From: Amphiscolops sp. MND2022
Taxonomy: Eukaryota
Length of the DNA stretch: 64,000 bases
Direction: 5' to 3'
NCBI GenBank assembly: GCA_964187785.1
Contig: OZ076409.1
Coordinates: 98,644,001 to 98,708,000 of the forward strand
The position numbers and the translations under genes are program-made. Below the pieces are notes generated by a model that worked only from the letters and a program-made list of their open reading frames with translations, did no database searches and was not told the DNA's origin. Below, in pieces: positions 52,874 through 63,487 of this stretch (the stretch's first letter is position 1; each line of letters opens with the position of its first letter).

Positions 52874-52982
52874 CACCGGTGACCACCGGTGTATCACCGG
52901 TGGCCACCGGTGGAAGACGTTCATAAGTTTCGATCCGAATTTCCACCGGTGGCCGCCGGTGATCCACCGGTGGCCACCGGTG
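52874..52982. repeat. Subterminal palindromes CACCGGTG (7 perfect plus 1 variant, in two blocks of four at 10-11-bp spacing)
   Basis: Starts at 52874, 52884, 52895, 52905, 52944, 52954 (CGCCGGTG), 52965, 52975. Confidence 0.9.
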
Positions 52983-54133
52983 AAACTTTTTTTTGAAAAA
53001 TTCGAATTCAAAATTATTAATTCAAATTTCGGCGCGTCAAATTTTGACGGTCATTCTTTTTTAGGTTTCATGCATGTTTTTACTGTTATATTGTTACTTA
53101 TTGATTTCTGAGGGTTACCTTAATGGCCCGGGTAGCATTAAGGGCGCTTTTCGGCACCTTGCATCCTGCAGCCGCAAGATAGGTAGGATTTTCACCATTT
53201 TTGGGGGTATTTTTGTTAATTTTTCCACCCGAAAACTAGATTTTGTAGTCAAATTATTTTAATAATTCATTGATTTTAGTGTATCGAAATATAGATCTCA
53301 ATTGTATTCATGAGTAGCTTTGAATCCCATGGTTTCCGCAAAATTTGCGCTCTTTTTAGGCTTTTTTGTTGCCTTTTTAGGTGATATTTCGTTAATTTTT
53401 CCACCCGAAAACTAGATTTTATAGGAGTATTACTTTCATAATTCATTGATTTTAGTGTGTCGAAATAAAGATCTCAATTGTACTCAAGAGTAGATTTAAA
53501 TCCCGTGGTTTTCGCAAAATTTGCGCTCTTTTTATGCTTTTTTGTTACCATTTTTGGGTGAAAGTTCGTTAATTGTTCCACCCAAAAACAAGATTTTATA
53601 GGAGTATTATTTTCATAATTTATTGATTTTAGTATATCCAAATATAATGATTTGAATTGTATTCACTAATAGATTTGAATCCTATGATTTCCGCAAAATT
53701 TGGGCTTTTTTAGGCTTTTTTGTTGCCTTTTTAGGTGATATTTCGTTAATTTTTCCATCCGAAAACTAGATTTTATAGGAGTATTACTTTCATAATTCAT
53801 TGATTTTAGTGTGTCGAAATATAGATCTCAATTGTACTCAAGAGTAGATTTAAATCCCGTGGTTTTCGCAAAATTTGCGCTCTTTTTAGGCTTTTTTGTT
53901 ACCATTTTTGGGTGAAAGTTCGTTAATTGTTCCACCCAAAAAACAAGATTTTATAGGAGTATTATTTTCATAATTTATTGATTTTAGTGTATCCAAATAT
54001 AATGATTTGAATTGTATTCACTAATAGATTTGAATCCTATGATTTCCGCAAAATTTGGGCTTTTTTAGGCTTTTTTGTTGCCATTGTTGGGTGAAAGTTC
54101 GTTAATTTTTCCACCCAAAAACTAGATTTTGTA

Positions 54134-54869
54134 TGTCTTCTAATTCAGTTTATCTGGATGGGGTGCAACTTCAATTCGTCGAACATTCAAATCGTCGAAA
54201 AATGCAAAGCTATTCAATACGTCGAAAGAATTCCATATCAGCGATTTTCATCTGGTTATATTTGTGGCGAATAACATATTTGTTGTACGGCTCGGTCGCT
54301 TCGCTCCCTTCGCCAAGTAGCAACATTGAGGCATGGCCATATGGCAAGTCGCTCCGCTTCGCTTCGCTCCTGCATTTAGGGCACTAGGGGTATGTGAACA
54401 TATCTGACTACGTTATCGTAATTTTGAATGCTCGGATTTGATTGGCCGAAATCAATTCATTCCATTACGTCATACCATGGTCGCTAAATTAATACGTGTT
54501 CGACGAATTGAACAGTCCCCTACTTCAACAATTTGTGGCAGTTGTCTGCTAGTACAGTGGAATCAGGCTAATTCGTATCGCTAGGTAACCGAATAAAATA
54601 GTACGAATAGTCAGAAATACGAATTAACCGGATGATATTACTTTGGTCGTCCCTACATGGGGGTCTCAGATGCGTACGAATTAAACGAAGATCCGAATTA
54701 TCCGGGTACGAATTAACCGGAGTTGACTGTAACTCTTTATTGCACAACTTGATGTTTTTAACTGATTAGTGTATTTTTGTAATTTTAGTTTTTATGGTTA
54801 TAACGGATGATGGACTATGTTCGAAAAGCTTTTTATGAATGCATTGTCTTTATTGTTTCCAATGTCTAA
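54134..54869. mobile_element. Composite insertion into the 177-bp array; contains a GGGG..CCCC MITE (54160-54520) and a Tc1/mariner-type MITE
   Basis: Direct repeat ATTTTGTA at 54126-54133 and 54870-54877; inner TIR TTCAATTCGTCGAAC / GTTCGACGAATTGAA. Confidence 0.6.
54555..54729. mobile_element. Tc1/mariner (pogo-like) MITE
   Basis: TA|CAGT..GCTAATTCGTA ... TACGAATTAACCGGAGTTGACTG|TA; TA target duplication. Confidence 0.7.
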
Positions 54870-55082
54870 ATTTTGTAGTCAAATTACTTTCATAATTTAT
54901 TGATTTTGGTGTATCGGAATATAGATCTCAATTGTATTCAAGAGTTGATTTGAATCCCATGGTTTTCGCAAAATTTGCGCTCTTTTTTAGGCATTTTAGG
55001 TGAAATTTCGTTATTTTTTCCCAAAAACTAGATTTTATAGTCAATTTTTTTTCATAATTTATTGATTTTAGTGTATCCAAAT

Positions 55083-55733
55083 CAGGGGCTGGCAATTAAA
55101 AATTGATATCCCAATTAATTGCAATAATTGATAACAATTATTCAATTACTTTTCCTTTCAATTATCACTAATTGATTGCGTGCTTTCAATAATTGCAATA
55201 ATTTTATAAGCTTTATAAGCTGGCTTCCACTAACTGCCACACTTATGTAATTTGCGCATAGAGGTTGGTCAAGATTTTTTTGAGGTCTGCCAAACAGAAG
55301 GTCGTGGGTTCGAGTCTCGCCATTGATCAATTATTTTGTCCATGTTATTTCGGCTTTGTGAGACTTCTTTTCGCAATTTTCGTCTCCAAAGGGTCCTATC
55401 TTCATTTTTTTCTATTTTGCAAAAGAATGGATGTTCAAAAACTCCCGAAGGGCCCCTTTTATATTTTTCGGCACTATGCGCCTTACCAGAATGGTTTTTC
55501 CTCATTCGGGTACTGTGGAAGATGGACACTTTGAAGTCCTTTTGCTATTTTTGAGCCGTAGTTATGGCATCGACTTGGGCCGTTCCCGGTTTGTTTTCGA
55601 TTGATTTTTGTTTTCATTCTATACTGTTTCATGTGACTCAATTATTGCAATTATTGGTATCAGTTACTGAGTGGCAACGATTGAAACATTTTTCGTCCCC
55701 AATTAATTTCCAATTTTTAATTGCCAAGCCCTG
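55083..55733. mobile_element. hAT-type MITE with a nested Helentron-like fragment (~55200-55595)
   Basis: TIR CAGGGGCTGGCAATTAAAAATTG / CAATTTTTAATTGCCAAGCCCTG; perfect 8-bp TSD ATCCAAAT (55075-55082, 55734-55741). Confidence 0.88.
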
Positions 55734-55966
55734 ATCCAAATATAGTGATTTCAATTGTATTCACTAATAGATTTGAATCCTATGATTTCCGCAATATTTG
55801 CGCTATTTTAAGGTAATTTTGGCTGATAATTCGTTAATTTGACACGGTTATAATTGTGGTTTATGAAAATTTCGATCCTTTATGTTCAAGGCCCGATGCC
55901 AGACTGCGGGAGTGTAATGAGTTCTTATTAATATGTACAGTTTTCTTAGAACCGTTGCTAAACACG

Positions 55967-55991
55967 AAGAGCAGCCAATTGAGGCGCTCTG
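55967..55991 (+). promoter_or_regulatory. Shared upstream motif AAGAGCAGCCAATTGAGGCGCTCTG before the SGNH gene
   Basis: Identical 25-mer at 57317-57341; contains CCAAT. Confidence 0.6.
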
Positions 55992-56034
55992 CAAATGTCA
56001 CCGGTAGTTACTGAATTCGACTGCTCTAGATTTC

Positions 56035-56538
56035 ATGATGAAAGTACTTTGTTTTGGCGACAGCCATGTTAAGCGTATGTCAGCAGTCCCTGTTGCACGA
56101 GAGATTGGGTTCTCATTCCTGGGTATTGGAGGTTTGAAAGCTGCCCATTGGGAGAGGCACTGCAACAATTTGAAAAACTTCGACGTGATCGTCATTCAGT
56201 TGGGCGGAAATGATGTGACGGCACACCCTGACAAGCCAAACATAACAGAAACAATTAGAGATACCGAGAAAAACATCCAATCTCTAATGCAATTCTGTCG
56301 CAGTTCCGGAAAGATTGGATTGGTGACTTCCCCAATAATGCGGCCCGCAGGTGAAACAGCAATTTCGCTGTTGAATAGCCGCTTACGGAAGCGATTCCGT
56401 AGTTTTTTCATAAAAGTATCCCTGGATGCTCACCTCTCCGATGACGGAGTCCACCTGAATCAAAGAGGGTACACGGAATTCCTTCATGCAGCCCGCGAAG
56501 CTGTGAATGAAAAATCCCAGCAGTTGTCCACTGTTTAA
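56035..56538 (+). CDS. SGNH/GDSL-family hydrolase (esterase-like), 167 aa
   Basis: All four SGNH blocks: FGDSH (catalytic Ser), GGLKA, QLGGND, DGVH (Asp/His). Intact ORF. Confidence 0.85.
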   Translation: MMKVLCFGDSHVKRMSAVPVAREIGFSFLGIGGLKAAHWERHCNNLKNFDVIVIQLGGNDVTAHPDKPNITETIRDTEKNIQSLMQFCRSSGKIGLVTSPIMRPAGETAISLLNSRLRKRFRSFFIKVSLDAHLSDDGVHLNQRGYTEFLHAAREAVNEKSQQLSTV

Positions 56539-57316
56539 TTTACCGACTTATGTATAGTCATTCCCCCTTGAAACTTCGTGATATTGCTTGTTGAACTTTT
56601 TTTATTATTTCTATTTCAAGTTATAATTTTGAAACGTAGTCACATCCAACTTTTTCAGCCGCGACTATCGTCAGCGATACGAGAATATCGGACAAAACTC
56701 AAATAATTCTTTCGGCTGTGATTAAGTTGATTTTATTGGCAGCCGCTAGACCATGACGTTGAAAAAAAAATAAGCACTTTTGTTGGCCACTTATACTTGA
56801 CGTAATGTACGAGAATAAAATTTCATTAGCATTCTCAGTGACTTAATGAAGCGAATTGTACGAGACGCGCTTCGTTCCAATGTGAAGGCGCGCATCCGGA
56901 TAAAAGAAATATTCTTCGCAGCTTAGAATTGATTTTTTATTCGGTATCCGAATGCTCACTTCATCATGTTTGACAAAATTCCTATTTTTGTATAAGGTAT
57001 TTGGAGAATTAATTTGAGCCCCGCAAGGGCCTTTTTTCTTCACTTTTAGAATCCAGAACTTTTTTGAGTCCAATATTGGCCCTTTGCTTCTTCGAACGTG
57101 AAAGTGGCAGTTTTGTAGAAATGCTTTTTACTCAGTAACAATTTTAATTATTTTTAACTTTACATTCTTCCAGATTTTGAAGTTTGTAACACTCCAGACA
57201 CCCAAACAGCTTGTTTCAACTACTCGTTTTATTTGCTTCAAGGTAAATTCAACGTCAACTGATATTTTATACAATTGTGAAAGGATCATCAGTATGTCTG
57301 TCGGCAGGATTTTTGT

Positions 57317-57341
57317 AAGAGCAGCCAATTGAGGCGCTCTG
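57317..57341 (+). promoter_or_regulatory. Shared upstream motif before the BEN-like gene
   Basis: Identical to 55967-55991; ends 50 nt before the ATG at 57391. Confidence 0.6.
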
Positions 57342-57390
57342 TTTTGAGTTTTGTCTCTCAAAATTACCTCTCCAAATCTTAGACACGAAT

Positions 57391-58937
57391 ATGACATCTC
57401 TGGGGTTGAGAGCTCGTAAAGAACGCAGCGAGGAGTTTGGCGACTTAGAAGACGAGTTCAAGGCGCGAATCAATAGCTTGTATTGGGTTGTGTACTTTCC
57501 TGAAGATGGGAAGCCCATGTCTTTGCCAGCAACATACGCTGGTATTGAACTGACCCTGGCGGAACGAGCTCTAGCGAAAGTGGGTGACTCGTTTACCGTC
57601 AAGTTCACTTCAGGTCGCTACGTTGCCAAGATTAAAGAGATGGGCATGAAGTCGTACGCTGAAAAGTGCGTAACAATGTTATCTTATGCCTGCAAGCAGC
57701 AGAGTGGTGAACCAGAAATAACATTCTCATCGCTGCTGCCGCAGTCAAGTCAATCGGTTCAACCGATTGAGACAAATGTTTTGGATTGTTTAACTGCTTC
57801 TGAAGTTAGTTGCTATTTTCTTTTGACATTTTTCAACTTTTTCCCTTCCGATCTGCCCAATAAGCTTGAAGTAGTGCTTTCGTTGAATACATTCATTTTA
57901 TTTTTTTTTGCGAATTTGTAGTTGCCACTTTCAGGACCCTTTAACAGTTGTAACGAGTTCCCACACCAAGAGACGCGAGTCGACGCCGCATTCTGTGCCC
58001 GCGAAAAAGAAAGTTATCACGCCCTCAGATGCGAACAATTATAGCGATTTCCCGACTCCCGACGTTTGTTCAACTTTCGTTCAACTAGCAGCCTTTAATA
58101 GGTTCGATTGTGGTATTTTAGTCTCATTTCAGTTTCAAAGAAGCAATGAAAAGCGCTTGGCCGAGGTGGTTAAAGACCTCAGTGGAGTCGTACAATCGCT
58201 CGATGGAACCATCAAAACTTTAAACAAGTCTTTGAACACCCTAACGAATAAAAACGTTGATGAGAGCGCCAAGTTCCAGAAAGTCCTGACAAATTTGGTT
58301 AGGAAATATAGGTCGAAGCTGATATTTGGTAAACCTCGAGTTTCTTATTGGTTTGATTCCCGTTTATAGACCACCTCTGTGCAACGTTTGGGTCTGGTAG
58401 CTCCAATTGAAGAGAACTGCTCGGGAAATCCTTGTCTCAATTACAATGGAGAAAATCTTCTGGCTTTAAAAGCGAAAACTCCTCAAACATACGGGCGTTT
58501 GATAATGAATGTCCTGTACAACCCGGAGGAGATTGTCGCTCACATGATGTCTCCCGACAAAACTAGGCCAACTGCTCGCCCCGACTTCAGCCCCAAAAGG
58601 AAACAAGTTTTTAAAGGCAAGTTTAAAGATAATTGATGGAAACTTCTGGAATCGTGCAAGATACATTGGTTGATTTTCGACAGGCATTGTAGCGGCCCAG
58701 CAGAATTTAAAAAAATGTCGGTAGTGTTTCTTTTCAGATGCTTTCCACGGCAAGTACGGAGATAAGTGGCTGACTGCTTATGAGGAGGGCAAGAAAAGCG
58801 TAAATAAGATGGGCTCTGAGGCTAAGTATGCTAACAAAAAACGAGCTAGTACTTGTTTGGAACTGAACGAAACGACTTTGCCACTCCAAGATGTTTCTGC
58901 TGGGGCCAACATTTCGTGCTCAGAGACACAGCTCTGA
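57391..58937 (+). CDS. Five-exon gene (~384 aa): N-terminal beta-rich domain, coiled coil and C-terminal BEN-like domain
   Basis: Exons 57391-57804, 57935-58063, 58133-58297, 58370-58616 and 58738-58937 total 1155 nt in one open frame. Three GT-AG introns and one GC-AG intron (AAAG|GCAAGT..TTTCAG|AT). The C-terminus YGRLIMNVLYNPEEIVAHMM..RPDFSPKRKQVFKDAF..W..SVNKMG fits the BEN pattern. Confidence 0.7.
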
Positions 58938-59924
58938 AGAAAACAACTAGATCACCTGCAGTAGCCAATAGAGGCACTATGATAACTTCTTGGGCTTTCA
59001 AGCTGCCCATTTCATTGCCGGGCTAAAAATTGATCTTAAAAATGTTGCTAATGGAGTGCTTTAGTTCGACATTCTTTTTCATCTTACTTTGATTTAAAGT
59101 TAGTAGCCAATTGTGGCACTACTATAATTTTTTGAGCCTCACTCAAATTCAATCGTTTCATTTTTCATTCTTTGTTGATTTGTATTTGCTGATCAAAGTT
59201 ATTGTTCTCCCATTATTATATTAACTTTTAGTTGAAATTGTTCGAAATTGTGGAAAATGTTTTTTCATTGCGGAAGCAGTCCGAGTTTCACCAGCATTAG
59301 AGTATGTCGGACAAAATTTATTAGTTTCATTGGACTCGAATCAGCGGTCGAAGTTTTTTGGCGGTCGAATCATAACGTAACAAGCGAAAATTTAGTATCA
59401 AAAAAATCAACATTCACGGTGACGTAAGGAAGCGAAGTCCACTGCCATGACGCGCGATCGAATGAAAGTATCAGCAGAACTGCTTTTTCAATCGAATCCG
59501 AGATTTTTGAATGTGAAAACATTCTGGGTTTGTAATTTTTAACGCGTGGGTTCAACAGTTTCGGACAGCAAAAAGTGGCGTCTGCTGGAATCTGTTCCAA
59601 ACTTTGTTTGCTTTGGAAACTACTCTTTATCTAGCAAACTTCTAATGTCATGGTTTTTCTAGCAAAATTTTTTTTTTCAGATGGGCTTATCTGCGCTGCT
59701 TTGAAGTGAAGGAACTTGAAATAATCAAACAGCAAAGATACTGAACAACACCGCAGAAGTCTAATATACTACTGCCCTCTCTGAGTATGTTTTGTGTTTT
59801 ATTTTGTTTCTTTACCGCTATGGAACGAGTCCAGGTATTTATATATGTTTCGTCTTCGTTTTTTGAATGTCACAATTTTTTTAAGGTTTTTAACTTCTTC
59901 GAACTGTGGGTTCAAAAATTCCAG

Positions 59925-59941
59925 GCAGCCAATTGTGGCGC
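59925..59941 (+). promoter_or_regulatory. Shared upstream motif variant GCAGCCAATTGTGGCGC before the SET-transposase
   Basis: 16/17 match to the motif core; starts 80 nt before the ATG at 60005. Confidence 0.55.
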
Positions 59942-60004
59942 CTACCGATAGTTTGCTAGTGCTTGAGGTCCCCTTGCTTCATTGTGGAATTCATTCTTGT
60001 AATC

Positions 60005-63000
60005 ATGGCTCTACCTAAAGATGTCGACTGGAGAATACTCAGTCATTGTGATGGGCAAGCTGTCAGAAAAGAAGTCGAGTATGGTGATAGAGACGCAATG
60101 ACAGTTTTGAGGTTGCGGCCCTTGGAGTCCTTTCTTACCGAATGCGACAAAAACCAAAAGCTTTCAAAGTGCTATCAAATTTGCCTGAAGAGTTATCGGA
60201 ATCTTACAGGTTTCTATGAAATACAACACGACACTTTTGGAGGCTATTGTCTTATTTACACTGGAAAAGAGAAAATTATGGCCAAGACTGTATTGCCACG
60301 CTCACCCGTTGGCTTCCTAGTTCCAGTCCTCGACGACATAACAGATTTGAGTGTTATCCAGAAGAAATCTTCTCCAGGTATCTCTTTTTTAATGCTGGGG
60401 CCTACGAGATTCGCTAATTCCAGCTGCGATCCCAATGCTGAATACGATTTCACTAACGAGCAGAAGGTAGTCAAACTGAGAGCTTTGAAAACAATTTTAC
60501 AAGGGGACGAAGTTTTAGTGAAATATTCAGATGACTTCTTTGCCAACTATGATTGTCTCTGTGCGAAGTGTAAGCTTGATAGAACGTTTTTGGCCCATTT
60601 CCTGAGCAATTTGGAACTAGCACTTTTCAGCGAGTTACTCGAAGAAGAAATAGCTGACGTGTCGCTGGAATATGTTCAAGATTGTGAAAAGTTATTTTCG
60701 ACCAGTAAATTCGAGAAACCAACGAATCGAAAGGAGCGATTATCCTGGTCTCAGAAGGTAAGAGCCTTCTCAATGGCTTACGAAGTTTCTACCCCATCTT
60801 CGAGCGAACGTTCAACCGAAGTTTCTGTCGATGTTCTGTGCTTGGAAAACGATATTGACGACTTTGCAAATACAGGTGATCTACATTCTGATAGCGATTG
60901 GGAGAAAGCCTCGAGCGTATCATCAGAAACGAATGGAAATCTTGTCAGAGTGTCATCGCCGCAGTCAAGTATACTTTTCGAGGAACCCCGATTTTCTGAA
61001 TTTGCCTCTTCAATCGCGTCTTTCACTCCTCTTCTGAGTGTTGGAGAATCTCCCTTATCTGGAATGACTCAACCGCTCTATCCAGGCGCTAAAGTTGGAG
61101 TACACAACACTAACCTGTTACTTCGCTCGTTTTGTGCTTCTTTACACCTCAGCGATGTCGGAATGTTGAAGTTACACTCTTTAGTTAACTGTCTCATTCC
61201 AGAGGAAAACGGACTTCTAGCCCCTAACTCATTTGTTTACCAGATGAAGAAAAACATCAAAGGCATTTCACAAGACCACGTTGATTTGTCACAAGGCGAA
61301 GTTTGTGTACTTGGGTTCAGTGTTTTCCTCAAGTCGATTTTGGAGCGAAATTTAGAAAGCATTTTTTCTTATTCGGATCAAAAAAGAACCGGCGACTTTG
61401 TCGATTTCCCTGTCGAGAAAGTTCCCTGTATTGATAGGGACACCAACTCTTTCACCATTCAGCTAATTCTCGCAACAGACGGAGTCAGTATCATAAATTC
61501 TAACCAAATCGGCCTCTGGCCTTTTTGGCTTTCAATTGCTAACTTACCGCCAATTCTGAGAATGTCACGGAAGAACATCGCTCTTGCAGCTTTGTTTGTG
61601 GGCTCTTCAAAACCACCATGGGGAGAAATTATTCCCAAAATTGAAAAAAAAACTCAGCAAAACCATCACTGTCGAGTATTTTGCAGTGCTCTTTGACGTT
61701 CGCTTTGAAGTAATTGGGATTGTCGCTGATTTAATTGCGAAATGCAGCCTGTTGAATATGATACAGCACAATGGATTTTTCGGTTGCAATTATTGTACTA
61801 TAGAAGGAGTAACTATAAACCGAACACATTCTTATTATCCTTTCGATCAAAGTTTTGAGATACGGAAACCTGAAATCAATGACAAGTATGTGGCTCTAGC
61901 TGAGGCCTTGAATACATCATCCAATGCTTCGATTAACGTCTGTGGTGTGAAAGGTCGCAGTGCTTTCCACGGATTGGTTGCAGATTTGCCCCTTAGCGCT
62001 GGCATCGACTACATGCATTGTGTCCTTTTGGGTTGTTTTCAGGAGATTCTGAAATTTTTTTGGAAATTGATGAGCACCCATATGAAAAATGTGATAGCTG
62101 CAGAGACCAATCGAATGCGCGCTCCCCTGGAATTGGTGAAGCATGGCCGCAATATTCGTGATCTTTTCCAGATCGCAAACTTCAAAGCCAATGAGTACTT
62201 CAACTATCTTCTCTTTTTGAGTCCCATAATCTTCAAGGATCGGTTGTCTGATAGTATGTACAACCAACTTCTATATCTTGTCTTTGGAATTAGACTTCTT
62301 TTGGAGTCGAACGATGAAAAAGAAATATCGATTGCCGAACGCTTGCTGGACATGTTTTGCCGGAATATTACCAGCGTTTATCAATGCGAAACTGCAGAAA
62401 CCATGAATGTTCACTGCCTGAGACATCTGGCACATCAATGTCGCTCATTTGGACCGCTGTTTGTTTTCTCTGCCATGTCATTTGAATCGGCGAACAGAAT
62501 CCTCAGCCAGTGTTTCTCGGGAACTCATTCTCATTGTGCTGTGATATGCCGTCGTTATTTGGAGGAACACGAGCTAGCTTGTACACCACTTGACGAAGAT
62601 GGAGCAACTGAGTTGCTACGAGAATGGTCGAGTGTTAACGATATTTCGGGGAAAAACTTTTCGAGAGACGTTTTACCATCACCCGAGATCGAGCGCTGCA
62701 GAAACCTTTTTCCGGATGCAACAATTTTTTCACGATTCATCGTCGACGGGATCTTTTTCGACTCCAGTTGCTACAGAAGATGTCCGGCTGGGCCTAACAG
62801 CTACGTCCATGTCGCACCATACGACGGAAGTATCTTTGGCCAGGTTGTTTACTTTGTCATGATGGGTACAGAAAGCTTGATGTCAGGCCTTACTTTCGCT
62901 CAAATAAAACTACTCAAATCTCAAAAGGCGCTATTTTTGCCTGAATGCCCCGACTCACAGTTCTTCTATGAAGTTGAATTCACCGGCGAGCAAGATATGG

Positions 63001-63092
63001 TGGAAGCTGCTGGTTTCAAAAAAAAGTTCTGCATGAAAACAGGAGAAAAAATGTTCCTTGCATCAGTCCCGCAGTTCCTTGATCATAAATGA
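60005..63092 (+). CDS. SET domain (SUV4-20/Set9-like) fused to an EnSpm/CACTA-type DDE transposase (~1028 aa); one +1 frameshift in the A9 run at 61644-61652
   Basis: SET 60005-60571: DLSVI..LMLGPTRFANSSCDPN..LRALKTILQGDEVLVKYSDDFF..CLCAKC. Transposase: LATDG, LWPFWLSIANLPP..R..KN..L..L..G..KP, VADL..HNGFFGCNYC, GVKG, IDYMH, FKANE, NVH.L.HL..GPL..SAMSFES. Removing one A joins ORFs 59963..61696 and 61584..63092 as ..IEKKLSKT.. Confidence 0.88.
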
Positions 63093-63487
63093 TATGCATC
63101 CAATTGTGGAGCATTTGAACCCTATCGAATTGAATTTAGTCACCTCACTATCGGAATCAAGATAATTGTTTTTCTCCCTGGTGTACCTATATTGATTGAT
63201 GTTCTTGTTGTTGACAATATAACTGGAATGAAATTTGTATGTTTTTTAATCGACAAAGACGGTCTTTAGTCTTCATTTTCTTAAGTTTACTTTTACCTTT
63301 CCCGGTTTCTTTTTTTAAGTCGTTGCTTTAAGCAATAAAACGCCATTGTCGTAGTGTCTTCTCGTTCTTTTTTTCAAACAAGACGAAGGATTGTGCCTCA
63401 TGCCGATTTATGAAGGTATTAGGAAGTTTTACCATTTGATCTAGTAAGTTCAACTATAGTAGTTATAGTTTCTGAAATGGTTGAAAA

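Larger units (their letters stand above)
53190..55840. repeat. ~177-bp AT-rich tandem repeat block (with a ~354-bp dimer repeat), interrupted by two nested insertions
   Basis: CCACCC(G/A)AAAAC(T/A)AGATTTT recurs near 53225, 53401, 53578, 53755, 53932 and 54111; units resume after 54877 and 55741. Confidence 0.85.
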
